A stretch of 63,985 nt of DNA, the filler included, from Globobulimina sp. (Eukaryota): the NCBI GenBank assembly GCA_003354225.1. It is 45 parts of 45 records of this genome, joined end to end, with 100 filler letters (N's around TTAATTAATTAA, not from the genome) between each part and the next. Parts side by side here need not be neighbours in the genome. Positions count along the whole stretch, not along the records: positions 11,401 to 12,725 come from PIVH01018623.1; positions 12,826 to 14,150 come from PIVH01018624.1; positions 14,251 to 15,575 come from PIVH01018625.1; positions 15,676 to 17,000 come from PIVH01018626.1; positions 17,101 to 18,425 come from PIVH01018627.1; positions 18,526 to 19,850 come from PIVH01018628.1; positions 19,951 to 21,274 come from PIVH01018629.1; positions 21,375 to 22,698 come from PIVH01018630.1; 37 more parts are not named here. One strand, written 5' to 3'. Position numbers and translations under genes: made by a program. A model generated the notes under the pieces. It made no database searches and was not told the origin of the DNA. It worked only from the letters and a program-made list of their open reading frames with translations. Of the stretch, positions 11,401 through 23,010 are shown in pieces. Within the stretch, counting starts at the first letter, position 1, and every line of letters begins with the position of its first letter.

Positions 11401-12714
11401 TTAAATTATGGAAAATATGATAAGATTGGAAATTGGAATCCAATTCCAAAAATTCATAAAAAATATAAAGACGGACCAAAGAAAGGAATGCAAAAACCTG
11501 CCGTAAGACCCATTATATCATTAAAGGGCACTTTATTAGAAATATCAGGTAAAATATCAATGGAAGGAGCAAGAAAAATAAATTATGGCTTAATGTATTA
11601 TCACACGGATAAAACCTTTGAATGTGATGACATCCGTGATATTGTATTAAAATTAGATAATATCAATGAGTCAATAACATTAAACAAATATGACAACATT
11701 TTTATTTCGGATATCAACGTAATGTATGACCATATTGATGGTGACATGGTACATACATCTTATAATGAAGCAATATCACATTTATTGCCACCTAACTACG
11801 TATCTGACATTGAAGCAGATCTATATCACAAAGCAACAAATCATGTCTATGATAATGCCTACTTTGTCTATCACGACACCATTAAGAAAATAATAAACTC
11901 ACAGGTTCAAGGCAGTAAATCAGGCAATGATAACTGCTCAATGGTACTACGAGTACATGAGATTAAAAACTGTAGTAATTTTAACAAAAACTGCAAATCA
12001 TTAATAAGATACAAGGATGATATCAATGTAATTCCGCGGAATTATATATCCACAGAGTCAGAAGCTAATAATTTAATAAAATTATTATATCCACAATTCG
12101 ATTTTGAAACTGAGTTCGATTTAGAAAACAGAAAAACAGAAATGTGCGACATGACGATATCTATTAATGACAATAACAAAATATCATACGAAACAACAAG
12201 AAACTCAAAGAAAGTAAGATCTTACGTTTGTAAATCATCCAATATCAAACAAGATATCAATGGAATACTACTTACATTACAAGAAAGATATATTATTATT
12301 AATGATAATGAAAATAAGTATTTATCAATGAAACAAACTGTTTGCGATACATTCATTAAATGTAATGAGTGGAGCTCTTATGATATAAGAAAATGCAAAC
12401 ATATTAAATATAATCAAAGAAATAATTTATTAAATAAATATATTAAGAATAAAACAGTAAAAATCAAAAAATATATGAATAATAATAAGATTTATTTATT
12501 TGATAATGACTGGTGGAAACCAGACGAAAATAAAATGATAATTAATGAGTATGCAACATATCAAAAAACACTCATTAATATCAAATTATTAAATCAGATT
12601 TTATTTAAATCAATGGAAAATTTACCTGTTGAACTAAGAAATAAAATCTCTTTGAATATATATTATAAATATCAACAATCAATATCGAGATTGATACGAA
12701 AAAGAAGAAAATAA
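11401..12714 (+). mobile_element. Penelope-like reverse transcriptase, 5' truncated, no C-terminal GIY-YIG
   Basis: Open from the contig edge: PKIHK...RPIIS (motifs 1-2), SDINVMYDHI (A), QGSKSG (B), RYKDDI (C), MCDMTI (E), then thumb and stop. Confidence 0.8.
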
Positions 12715-13027
12715 TCATTTTATTTNNNNNNNNNNNNNNNNNNNNNNNNNNNNNNNNNNNNNNNNNNNNTTAATTAATTAANNNNNNNNNNNNNNNNNNN
12801 NNNNNNNNNNNNNNNNNNNNNNNNNAAGTACCCCCCCCACACAAGGTCAATTTACCACCCCCTTAACCTTATCTTGGTTCATGATCTACTTTTCTTAATG
12901 ATTTGTGAATTTCTAGAGAAAAAGCTATAGTAAATTGTTCATCTCATGTTTTATTACAAGACTGCAAAATTAAATAAGGATGATATCAATGTCAATTTTT
13001 AACATCGCATGCATTTCGATTCGATCT

Positions 13028-13564
13028 TTACAACCAATTTTTGTATTTATTTATAACTTTATTCACATAAAATTCCCATAATATCAAAAATATTATCAGA
13101 ATTAATGCACCATCCATATGAACAGTTTCCCCTTCTCGCCTGAAAGGGACAGCTTTTCCACCCGTCATTATCACAAAAACAGAGGTAACAATCAAGTTAA
13201 AAATTCGAGTTATCTGATAAGCAGTGAGTCCATCTTTATTTGCTGCGAAAGCACCATAAAAACCAGCAATTGCAACAATAATACCAACAATTTGTAGCAG
13301 TGTACCTTTTGAACCAAATGCTATGAACAGAGATAAAACTGCTAACAATTTAACACCAACTTCAATTGGAACACAACCACAACAATCACCAAGGTCTTGT
13401 TCTTGTTGTTCAAGTTGTGCCACCTGTTGGATAGTAACAATTGTTTGTTGTTGTTCTGGTTCTGGCTCATTTGCATAACTCGGTGCAGCATATACTGGTT
13501 CTGGTGCTGGTATAGGTTCGCCTAATTTTATTGTTGTTCCTTTTGTTGCTTGTTCAGTATTCAT
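13028..13564 (-). CDS. Small four-TM membrane protein
   Basis: CCGCVPIEVGVKLL followed by four hydrophobic helices; complete ORF. Confidence 0.7.
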   Translation of the reverse strand: MNTEQATKGTTIKLGEPIPAPEPVYAAPSYANEPEPEQQQTIVTIQQVAQLEQQEQDLGDCCGCVPIEVGVKLLAVLSLFIAFGSKGTLLQIVGIIVAIAGFYGAFAANKDGLTAYQITRIFNLIVTSVFVIMTGGKAVPFRREGETVHMDGALILIIFLILWEFYVNKVINKYKNWL

Positions 13565-14672
13565 TTTATTTCTTCTTTAAAAACGGAGATTTGCTGCGAA
13601 TCAAAATAATTTTAATGAGGATACACGTGTTGCGAATATTGCTAAAACGTTCAATAATTGCAGCTGCAAAATGATTTCCCTCCTTCTTTCTGTCAAATGT
13701 TTTGCATATATTATTGCATAATGCTTATATGAAAGAATGGAAATGGAAAGATATTTTCAAGTCAGATGATTACGATGGAAGCTTATCCATTTTATGCAGT
13801 GGTACAAGTTGTGTCAAATAAATAGCCAGGAACAGGTGTTGCTACAATAGGGTTTTTGCTTTTAGTTAATTTCTTCAATCAACATTTAAATTTTCTATTT
13901 TTACTAAGATTTGAGTGCTTCACTTTGTAACTAAGTATGCTGACCATGGGCAATAACTCTTTGGCAAAATCCCCCAGATGGTCGAATCGATTGTGTTTTC
14001 ATTGTAGAGATACATTCAATCCATCATTACAGATGCAGTTTATTGGTGAATATTGTTTGTTTATACTTATTATACACAAATGTATGTCCGTAGAATACAT
14101 GATGTCATTTCTCAGTGTGCTATTTGTTCTTTTATGCGGCTACGCCGCATNNNNNNNNNNNNNNNNNNNNNNNNNNNNNNNNNNNNNNNNNNNNTTAATT
14201 AATTAANNNNNNNNNNNNNNNNNNNNNNNNNNNNNNNNNNNNNNNNNNNNGCAGCAGAAAGACTATTGAGAATTGCATACATATTAAACCCAAATAGTTT
14301 AGCTGTGCAAAATGGTTTGATTGGCTTATTTACACAAACACATCAATTCCAAATGATTCATTTTGTTCACGAGAAGCAACCTTTGCCTGTCCTCAGTTAA
14401 TCAACAAAATTTGTCAAATATTTATATTTATGAAACTGTCTATATTGTTCAAAACAACAAAATATAAACTTGTGATCAACTTTTCCAAAAAGTGAAAATT
14501 TGATAATTCTAACTTTGTCAAATCGAAGAATTGAAGTCTTTCCTTTTAGAATCTATCTGATTGATACAACACACACACAATACCAAACGCACAAAGCAAG
14601 CAAAATGACGAAAGAGTTAGTGTGGTCAAGCCTAAGTATGATGATTTTCGAGAGATATCTCTACTGAGTACC

Positions 14673-15451
14673 ATGGCATTCTCCTGCTACGTATACAAAC
14701 AACTATTGAAATTTTGGCGACAAGGCACTTTCCTATTGATTATTATGTGGATGTTTGCCCATTTTATGTACTTTGACAGAAAGAAAGCAACATCGATATT
14801 GACAACACAAGATTTGGGAATATTAACAGTTAATGCACAAAATACATCATATCCTATTGAAGGGAATATCGTTGGTCAGATAAAGATTAGGTTTAATATA
14901 TTTGATCTGATCGAATATGAATCAATTGACTCCACCAAATTTAATAAATACCTGACTCCCACAAATAAATTAAATGAATGCAAACCATCAATGTATAATT
15001 TACTGTATCATGAATGTTGCGCCATACAATTGGCAATCTTTTATTTATATTCATTGGGATTCACACAAATCAAACAAATGAAATTCGATAAACATAAGGT
15101 AAACATTGCAAACAATCACAAAACAATGCACAATCACAATAATAATACTGTGGCATGCCTTGGCTTACAAATACAATTAAATTCGTACAGAGCTACGTTT
15201 CGTCAATTTGAATGCTTAAGCGATAAGACACAATCTTACAAACACATTATGACATATTGTATTCAACATAGCATTGTAGATTACTGTCAATTATGGCTAC
15301 CAATGAGCTATGATTTGCAGATAAGCACACAGCGGATTGCTTTTTTTCGACAGCTGCCTTGTGATAATGAGGCAAATCCGGACTGGCTGCTTAAAAGCGA
15401 TGCACATGGCGGTGATGGCATTTTCTTTGTTAAAAACAACAATTATTTGAG
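14673..15451 (+). CDS. Tubulin-tyrosine-ligase-like ATP-grasp protein with an N-terminal signal anchor, partial
   Basis: LSDK...WLPMSYDL...WLLKSDAHGGDGIFFV matches TTL-family motifs; hydrophobic TFLLIIMWMFAHFMYF near the N-terminus. Confidence 0.6.
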
Positions 15452-15675
15452 GTATATCATATGCCATATTTATGAAATTCTATACCAACGTTTATTTAAC
15501 GCACTTTTTCAGAAACGATGCTGTTCGTTATCTTGGCTCTCTTGGGTCTGTTTCGGGAGCCATCTTGGCTCATCTNNNNNNNNNNNNNNNNNNNNNNNNN
15601 NNNNNNNNNNNNNNNNNNNTTAATTAATTAANNNNNNNNNNNNNNNNNNNNNNNNNNNNNNNNNNNNNNNNNNNN

Positions 15676-15870
15676 CTTCTCTGGGGTGTGTTCTGTCTGC
15701 TCTTTTGTGTGTGTCGTCTAACCTAAACTCTAAAAATAATTTTTTTCTGATTGATTGACTCGAACATATGTGTGATCACTTTATGACGCTCAGAACACAC
15801 ACCACACAAAAGAGAAGACAGAACACACACAAAAGAGCAGACAGAACACACCCCAGAGAAGAGCAGACAG
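15676..15870. mobile_element. Short non-autonomous terminal-inverted-repeat element inside DNMT2
   Basis: 15676-15714 is the exact reverse complement of 15823-15861 (39 bp); arms are built from ~23-28 bp CTGTCTGCTCTT...GTGTGTT subunits. Confidence 0.75.
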
Positions 15871-16188
15871 AGCTTTTGATCTTTCATCGTTTGAACCTTT
15901 TTGAATTCCCGCTCGACTGTAAGGTTGACACGGCGGTGACATTGTAATTATAAAAGGTTTCATCAGATCGAAATGTTTGGCAGTTAAATGCTCAATGTTT
16001 GAATTGTTTGGTTTAATGCTAAAATTGTGGTGGTATAATTTGTTTGCGTTGCAATTATTATCAAACGGAAAAATTTGCAATGTATAGTTTTTGAATGACT
16101 TTGATGATTCAACCAATGATTTGAGTGCTAAATGAAATCCACCGATGCCACTGAATAATTCAACCACTGTCATTATTTTGTGGGTCAT
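15869..16188 (-). CDS. DNMT2: DNMT2/TRDMT1 tRNA cytosine-5 methyltransferase, first exon
   Basis: VVELFSGIGGFH (motif I), ANKLYHHNF, NIEHLT, MSPPCQPYSRAG (motif IV), DERSKAL. Confidence 0.88.
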
Positions 16189-16278
16189 TCACTACCTTGA
16201 AAGGATAAAAAAACTCAAACTTTCAAAACTTTAACTCCTCTTTTTTGCTCTCATTCTCTTGCATTTTGAAAATCCAAA

Positions 16279-16947
16279 TTGCTCCAATATATACTGCATA
16301 GTAATACAAACCATACAGTGTTAATGGAAGGACTTTGGAACATGGTATCATGTGTAATGATGTCATTACCAACCAAAGCATTTGAACCAGGTGCTGTGGA
16401 ATGTAATCATAACAATATATTCCAACGCATTAATTCACATTTTAATCGCACGTCATTTCGTAATGTGATGTTAGAAACGTGTAAGGATTTTAACAATGGA
16501 TATTTCTTTCTAATTTTCCAATTAGTATTATTAGTGTATTGCCCATCCGTCGCTTTGTCAATTATTTATCAATCGTATGACTTAGAAGTGCAACAGCAAC
16601 AACCTCAAGATATTGATGAAGAACAATTAGATATATTCCAACAATGTCCATCCAGACAACCTTATATGAAACAATATGAAATTGAACAAAAACAGATTCA
16701 AATGCAAACACCTACGCCATCTTCGATACAGTTCCAATTAACACAATTATTAGAGCGATTAATGCAGAAACAACAATTATTTGAGCAACAATCTCGAGCA
16801 GCAGTTATGATTAAATCCGCACAAACAAGCAATGAGAATGGAGGTACAGTAAAAGTCAAAGTAACATTACAAATATCGGTACCATCACAAGAACGCCAGG
16901 TTAGTGGTAAAATGCTGATTTGGCAAAAGTTTATTATTACATTTTAA
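16279..16947 (+). CDS. Hypothetical Q-rich protein, divergent from DNMT2; exon limits uncertain
   Basis: Long ORF with a Q-rich C-terminal half. Confidence 0.4.
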   Translation: MLQYILHSNTNHTVLMEGLWNMVSCVMMSLPTKAFEPGAVECNHNNIFQRINSHFNRTSFRNVMLETCKDFNNGYFFLIFQLVLLVYCPSVALSIIYQSYDLEVQQQQPQDIDEEQLDIFQQCPSRQPYMKQYEIEQKQIQMQTPTPSSIQFQLTQLLERLMQKQQLFEQQSRAAVMIKSAQTSNENGGTVKVKVTLQISVPSQERQVSGKMLIWQKFIITF

Positions 16948-17100
16948 GCAATAAAATAAAAAAAAAGATCCATGAAAATATATGTAAGAATTGACAAAGC
17001 NNNNNNNNNNNNNNNNNNNNNNNNNNNNNNNNNNNNNNNNNNNNTTAATTAATTAANNNNNNNNNNNNNNNNNNNNNNNNNNNNNNNNNNNNNNNNNNNN

Positions 17101-17526
17101 GCTCTTATAACTTAGCCTATGCTCAAAAAATGGCAAATAAAATATATCCATATATACATCCAAAGGAAAAAAAAAGATGAAAATAAAAATAGTGACGAGA
17201 AACAACAAGAGAATGATAAAGACATTGATTTTTGTAAAATTTTACAAAATTTTGTAAAACTTCAAGTGCCTCAACAAGAAAATAGTTATGATTGTGGAAT
17301 GTATGTGGTTGAATTTAGCAGATTTGTGGCAAAATATTATGTGGAACATAGTAAAAAAAGCGATGATGGTAAACACAAACAATTTCCATGTGTTTCAAAT
17401 GCTGCATTTTTCAACAAACAATTTAAATTTGACAGTGATTATATTATTCAAATGAGGAAGGAGTGGAAGCTAATCATAGCTGATATGTCCAAACAATTGC
17501 AAGTCGAAAACGGAACAAAAAACTGA
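17101..17526 (+). CDS. Ulp1/SENP-family (C48) protease, C-terminal part
   Basis: VPQQENSYDCGMYV catalytic Gln/Cys motif. Confidence 0.8.
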
Positions 17527-17734
17527 CGTAAGTCCGATTCCAGATAAATTAAATACAACTCTTTTGATGACTTAGTTGATGCATTTCGTGAGAATCTTAA
17601 AATATTTCGTGAGAGTCGTTAATTTGTAGGGTGATAAGTGATAACACTGATTTTAAGATTTTCGTGAAGTTGTTTAACAAAAAAACAAATGCAACCATTT
17701 TTTACACGTCTTCATTCTTTTTCTTCCTTAGCCG

Positions 17735-18425
17735 ATGCATTCCCGCCCGCAACAACCGAAACCAGACAAAGAGAAAATTGAACATGACACATTACGCCAC
17801 TTTATCCGAATTACGTTGCAAAAAAACAATCAAAATAATTTGCTTCAATTAATCAAAGAACTGGATTGTATCACAAGTTACAAACCAGACTCGACCAGTA
17901 AATGGTATTTAGCATTGACAGAGTGTGTCCCCCTATTACAATTAGATAGATACAAACCATTATGGTCTGTCATATTTGAACGTTTTAGATGGGATTTTCC
18001 ACGATCAACACTCGATGCATATTGTAAATTTTGTACAGTATTAATGTCAAACCATCCAATTGCAATTAAACCTGTATTACAGTCCTGTTCTGCCAATTTC
18101 ATGGAACGCTTTCAAAACGAAAAAAGTCCCGCACACCAAAGTTTAGTTTGTTTTAACCTCAAAACACTATTTTTTTGTGATGAATCCGAGCGCAAAGTAT
18201 GATTTTAATGATTATACACACACTTTACTCACCAGTAACACCTGATTTATATAAAAAATAATAATTTATTTTGATTACTATAAATATCCTTGCACAGCAC
18301 ACATTTTTTATGTTTGAATAAACAGAAATTGGCAACGAATTACGATACGGAATGATCCATAGATTATTGCAGCAGACCCACTCCAATATACCGACAATGT
18401 GTGGCTTATTAATGAATTGCTTAAT
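17735..18425 (+). CDS. RRN3: RNA polymerase I initiation factor RRN3-like, N-terminal exons
   Basis: WYLALTECVPLL...W...LDAYCKFCTVLMS...IKPVL; a second exon after 18326 reads IHRLLQQTHSNIPTMCGLLMNCL. Confidence 0.65.
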
Positions 18426-18525
18426 NNNNNNNNNNNNNNNNNNNNNNNNNNNNNNNNNNNNNNNNNNNNTTAATTAATTAANNNNNNNNNNNNNNNNNNN
18501 NNNNNNNNNNNNNNNNNNNNNNNNN

Positions 18526-18938
18526 TAATAATGCTTTGTGTTTGCAAATAAAGTTAAATAGCCATATACGTTATATTCACGACAAAATTGTATTTTTATT
18601 TGTGATTTGTTGTTTGAGCGATAACATTCTATCAATGAGTAACCTGCAGATTTCCAAGTGTTTTCTGACATATTTGGTGGGGGACCACAGAGAATAATTT
18701 TTTCAAATAAAAATTCATTTTTGAACCATGTGTATCCCAGGTTTCTATCCCCACACTCTCTGTTTTGTTTGTTTTCGATAGGTATTGAATCTGCATTTGA
18801 CAGCAGATAAATATGACTGGTATCTGGAGACGCAAATACATATGGAATCAGTAAGAAATATGCACTAATCGTCACAAATATGCATAATAAGAGGAACGCT
18901 TTAGAATTGCGCTGGTACCATGCTCTTTTGCTAGACAT
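18526..18938 (-). CDS. Hypothetical type II membrane protein, partial
   Basis: N-terminal signal anchor FLLLCIFVTISAYFLLIPYVF. Confidence 0.5.
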
Positions 18939-19030
18939 TTATGGGCAAAAACCTCAAATGCCAGTTAAATCATGCATCAATTGATCATATGTCTCATCTC
19001 CCAAACACTCCGTAGCGTTTACAACTAATC

Positions 19031-19850
19031 ATGTCAATAGAGACCAGGCCATGGAACATCCACGACACAAACCGTATGATCGCATCAATGGTATGACTTA
19101 AAAACGAATTCGTGTCCACAGAAACGACTCAATTCATACTAATTCATAGACATCGGGGTTTGTCTCATCATTGGTAGGCCATCCAATCGATTCCATCAAA
19201 GTGCAAATGCAAAAAAACGCGTCAACCTATGCCAAACCAGACAATTTGTTAAAAACAACGCTCAAAATGTATCGGAAAGATGGTGTCAGAGTGTTTTTCC
19301 GCGGCGCTTTCTCGCCAGCAATGGGGAAACTGGTGTCATTCTCTGTATTCTTTGTGACCAATGGTTATTTAAAAGATTTGTTATTATCATACCGCAAACC
19401 ACAAAGTGGTATATTATCCATAACAGACACATGCTTCGTCGGCGCAGTGTGCGGCATCGTATTGACGCCGGTTTTGTGTCCGGCCGAAATGATTAAAATC
19501 CAACTCCAATTTGATAACCAAGGACCGCTGAAATATAAAGGAATGGTCAGTTGTATTCGCAAATTAGTTAAAAACAGAGCATTATACCGAGGCACTTTGA
19601 TCACAGCAATGAGATTGTCGCCTGGTATGTTGCTATATTTGTATATTATAAATTCGTTTCTGATGAATGTGGTTTTTCCGAACTGTTTGCTGTTTGCGCT
19701 TTGCCTATAAAAGCATGGGGAGTTTATTTGGCGACGTATGATGCGGTGAATAGATGGTTTAATCGGCGAGCTACGTTGGGCGAAATTGATACTTTGTCGT
19801 CGTTGTCTGCCTCTTCCTGCGTCATATTCGGCGGCGGCGTGGCTGGCATT
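19031..19850 (+). CDS. Mitochondrial carrier (SLC25, carnitine/ornithine-like), partial; introns 19091-19149 and 19625-19713
   Basis: Px(D/E)xxK motifs GHPIDSIKV and CPAEMIKIQLQ, plus FFRG and LYRG; both introns restore the frame. Confidence 0.9.
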
Positions 19851-19950
19851 NNNNNNNNNNNNNNNNNNNNNNNNNNNNNNNNNNNNNNNNNNNNTTAATT
19901 AATTAANNNNNNNNNNNNNNNNNNNNNNNNNNNNNNNNNNNNNNNNNNNN

Positions 19951-20608
19951 GTTTATTCGCCAAAATATGAGGAATAATGCGCAGAATAAGAATAAAGTGG
20001 TGTACAATACACAATTAATACAGACATTAATTGAAATGCTAACAATTGCAAAATTTGATAATTTGAAAGTGCAAACTGAGATATTATATATTCTGAAATA
20101 TATCGCACATAGAAATTGTGAGTCCATCTCAAGATTTAATAAAATATTTATTGATTTAATAACAAATTATACTGCACCAAAAGCAGCATTATATATTGTT
20201 GCTAAAATATCGCATGACTCCTCATTTAGAGATGTTTTATTACAAAATGATATTTTATCTGCACTGCTCAACATATATGGTTATAATGGGGAGGATTTTC
20301 CATTAGATGTTGATTATGAAACCGTTGGACAAATTGAACTTATTCTGTCCAAAATATGTTGTAATTTTGAGGATAAATCTTTTTTCGATGTCAAATATGT
20401 ACCAAAAGTATTGACATTGTGTGGCATAATTATTGACCCAGAGGTTTGTGGACTGTCTTATTCTGAAACAATGCAGAAAATATTTGCGTATCTAACTGAA
20501 ATGAATGAGACACAAAAACTATTTGAAGGTAATATTTTATTGAATGAAACAAAATTTATCAAACAACATAATAAACCACGAAATATTTTGTTTGTATTTG
20601 ATAATTAG
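19951..20608 (+). CDS. ARM-repeat-like helical protein, 3' part
   Basis: Helical pattern such as VQTEILYILKYIA and FRDVLLQNDILSALL. Confidence 0.5.
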
Positions 20609-21082
20609 CGGGACAAAGTCCCAACGATTGGAGGAAAAACTAAACTCTGAATAATTGGATGATTATAACAAAGCAACCAACTATGACATAAATCAGAATG
20701 CATAACTCCGAATGCATAACTCCGGATATGTGCAGAGTATAAAAACCAAATACCAAAACGGTACCATGGTCTTACTCTCCAAAAAAGGAGGTCTAACAAA
20801 GTTAGATAGTTTTTTGTAGCGTCTAGTCTTATAAATGAAATTTAAAACTAGTTCTCTGTAAACAGGCTACTACAGACATATTCTTTCTAGATAATATAAA
20901 AGGATTATCCGCAAAGGTCGTCTAAACCTATAAAAAGAAAATTCGATTTAAAATTTCAATAAAATCGAATATTCTTGAAAATTGTAAACCAAATCAAAGC
21001 AGTAAAAGCGAAAAATACGCGAAAACTTCAAGTTCACTGAGGTTTTAGTCGTACAGTGATGTATCGGATAAGATGCAGACGC

Positions 21083-21262
21083 TATGACCAATATGACCAA
21101 TATGACCAAATATTACTGGACCAACTTTTCCTTGCTATGATCAATATGACCATGATATGATCAATATGACCATGATATGACCAATATGATCATGATATAT
21201 GATCATAATATGATCAAACACATATTTTGCGTGTAAATAGGACATATTTTGATCATATCATA
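21083..21262. repeat. Degenerate TATGA(C/T)CA tandem repeat
   Basis: About ten TATGACCA/TATGATCA units at the contig end. Confidence 0.8.
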
Positions 21263-21374
21263 GTCTAATTCACANNNNNNNNNNNNNNNNNNNNNNNNNN
21301 NNNNNNNNNNNNNNNNNNTTAATTAATTAANNNNNNNNNNNNNNNNNNNNNNNNNNNNNNNNNNNNNNNNNNNN

Positions 21375-21447
21375 CTTTTCCTCCTTTTCTGAAACGTTTG
21401 GCACCGCCTTTTCCCAAACCTTTGCCTCCTTTACCACGACCGGACAT
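21375..21447 (-). CDS. H4: Histone H4 N-terminal tail, truncated by the contig edge
   Basis: [24 protein letters not shown]; not in the ORF track. Confidence 0.9.
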
Positions 21448-21774
21448 TATTGATTTATTAATAAATTAAAGTAAAATGGAATGGAATATATTAATATTTA
21501 TATTTATATGAAAGAGATTGATGTTGTTTTGGTGAAGAAATGACAATTGCAAAGACATCCAATATATCATAATTCGCAATATGTTGGTGGTCAACAATTA
21601 GAAACACAATTCTATTTTATTGGTCCGCTCTCTTTCTCAATGTGTTCGAGTGTTGCCAATTCGCGTGATTATCGAGGGTAGATATACATGCTATTAATCT
21701 TAATGCGATATACATGGAGAGTACGTGCCATGTTTTTGATTAATCTTTCTGAAAATCGGAAATCTGCTCAGACA

Positions 21775-22698
21775 ATGCAACTTACACTCATCACATTGAC
21801 ATTTGCAATAATCTCATCGTTTGCAGAAGATGAATGTTGCATCGATCCTGTAAAAGCATTCAGATTGAACTCATGGTCTGGACCTTGTTCTGCTCAAACC
21901 ATCACACAAAAATGGAAGAGATACAAAGATTGGATTCAACTCAATAATGGATATATTCATCCACACATAACGTTTGATTTTGTGCATGCATCAGATACAT
22001 CGAACAGAGGCATATTCTCCACACAGAATAAACATATCATCCAATCGCAATCTATTTTGATGCAGATACCTTTTTCAATATCATTCACTCAATTCACTAT
22101 TTCAAAATATATACAAAACTCTACCAACATTCAACTGTTTGGTGCTACTCACAATGAACAGATATTACTCCCCAACGAGTTTCCAGATTACAATGCTTTT
22201 ATGTTAGAAATAAAGAAACACCATTCCCAATTTCAAGGAGATTTCAATTTATTATCGCCATCCATCGCTGTTTGGATGGCTTTGGGCCTTTCGTGGATCA
22301 AAAAAAACACAAATGAGTTATTGCCATGGTTAGATTTGTTGCCATCACCATATTATTTGCCATTTTTATTTGAAGATAAACAATATTTGTTCAAAAATAC
22401 AGAAATTGAAATTTTTTTAAATGCAATGGAATATGATTTTATTTTGGTGTATAAATATTTGAATATATTACAGGTTTCTGAGCAAACAGTGCGTGAATTG
22501 TATGCTTTATTATATTCGCGATTGTTTCAAATTGATTTTAGTCACATTGGAGGCTTACAAAATTCGCCTGCTATTCCCTGCGGAGCTGACTTTTTTAATC
22601 ATGATAGCTCCGTAATGTCTGAGTTTCCTTTTTATGATGAACTGTTTGGACAGCATTTTTATGCAAAAACTGAGAAGAAAAACAGCGAATATCATCCT
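21775..22698 (+). CDS. SET-domain lysine methyltransferase (SETD3/SETD6/LSMT class) with a predicted signal peptide, partial
   Basis: WIQLNNGYIHP, NRGIFS, LMQIP, PWLDLLP, YSRLF, PCGADFFNHD. Confidence 0.8.
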
Positions 22699-23010
22699 NN
22701 NNNNNNNNNNNNNNNNNNNNNNNNNNNNNNNNNNNNNNNNNNTTAATTAATTAANNNNNNNNNNNNNNNNNNNNNNNNNNNNNNNNNNNNNNNNNNNNAT
22801 CTTATAATGATAATCAATTCTAAATTTAAGATAAAAATAATATAATTAATAAAATGATAATAATTTGGGCTCATTTATTGCGGATCTGCAATGTGGAGCT
22901 TTTGGTGGTGGGGAACAGCTTTGTGGAGGTTTTCGAACTGCGCCTCCAAGCGTTTTCATGTTTAACATTAAATGCTCGACATTAAAAACTTTACCTCTGT
23001 AATGTTCAGC

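Noticed and set aside
15790-15868. Hydrophobic C-terminus of the DNMT2 ORF as a membrane anchor
   Set aside because: It is read-through into the inverted-repeat element.
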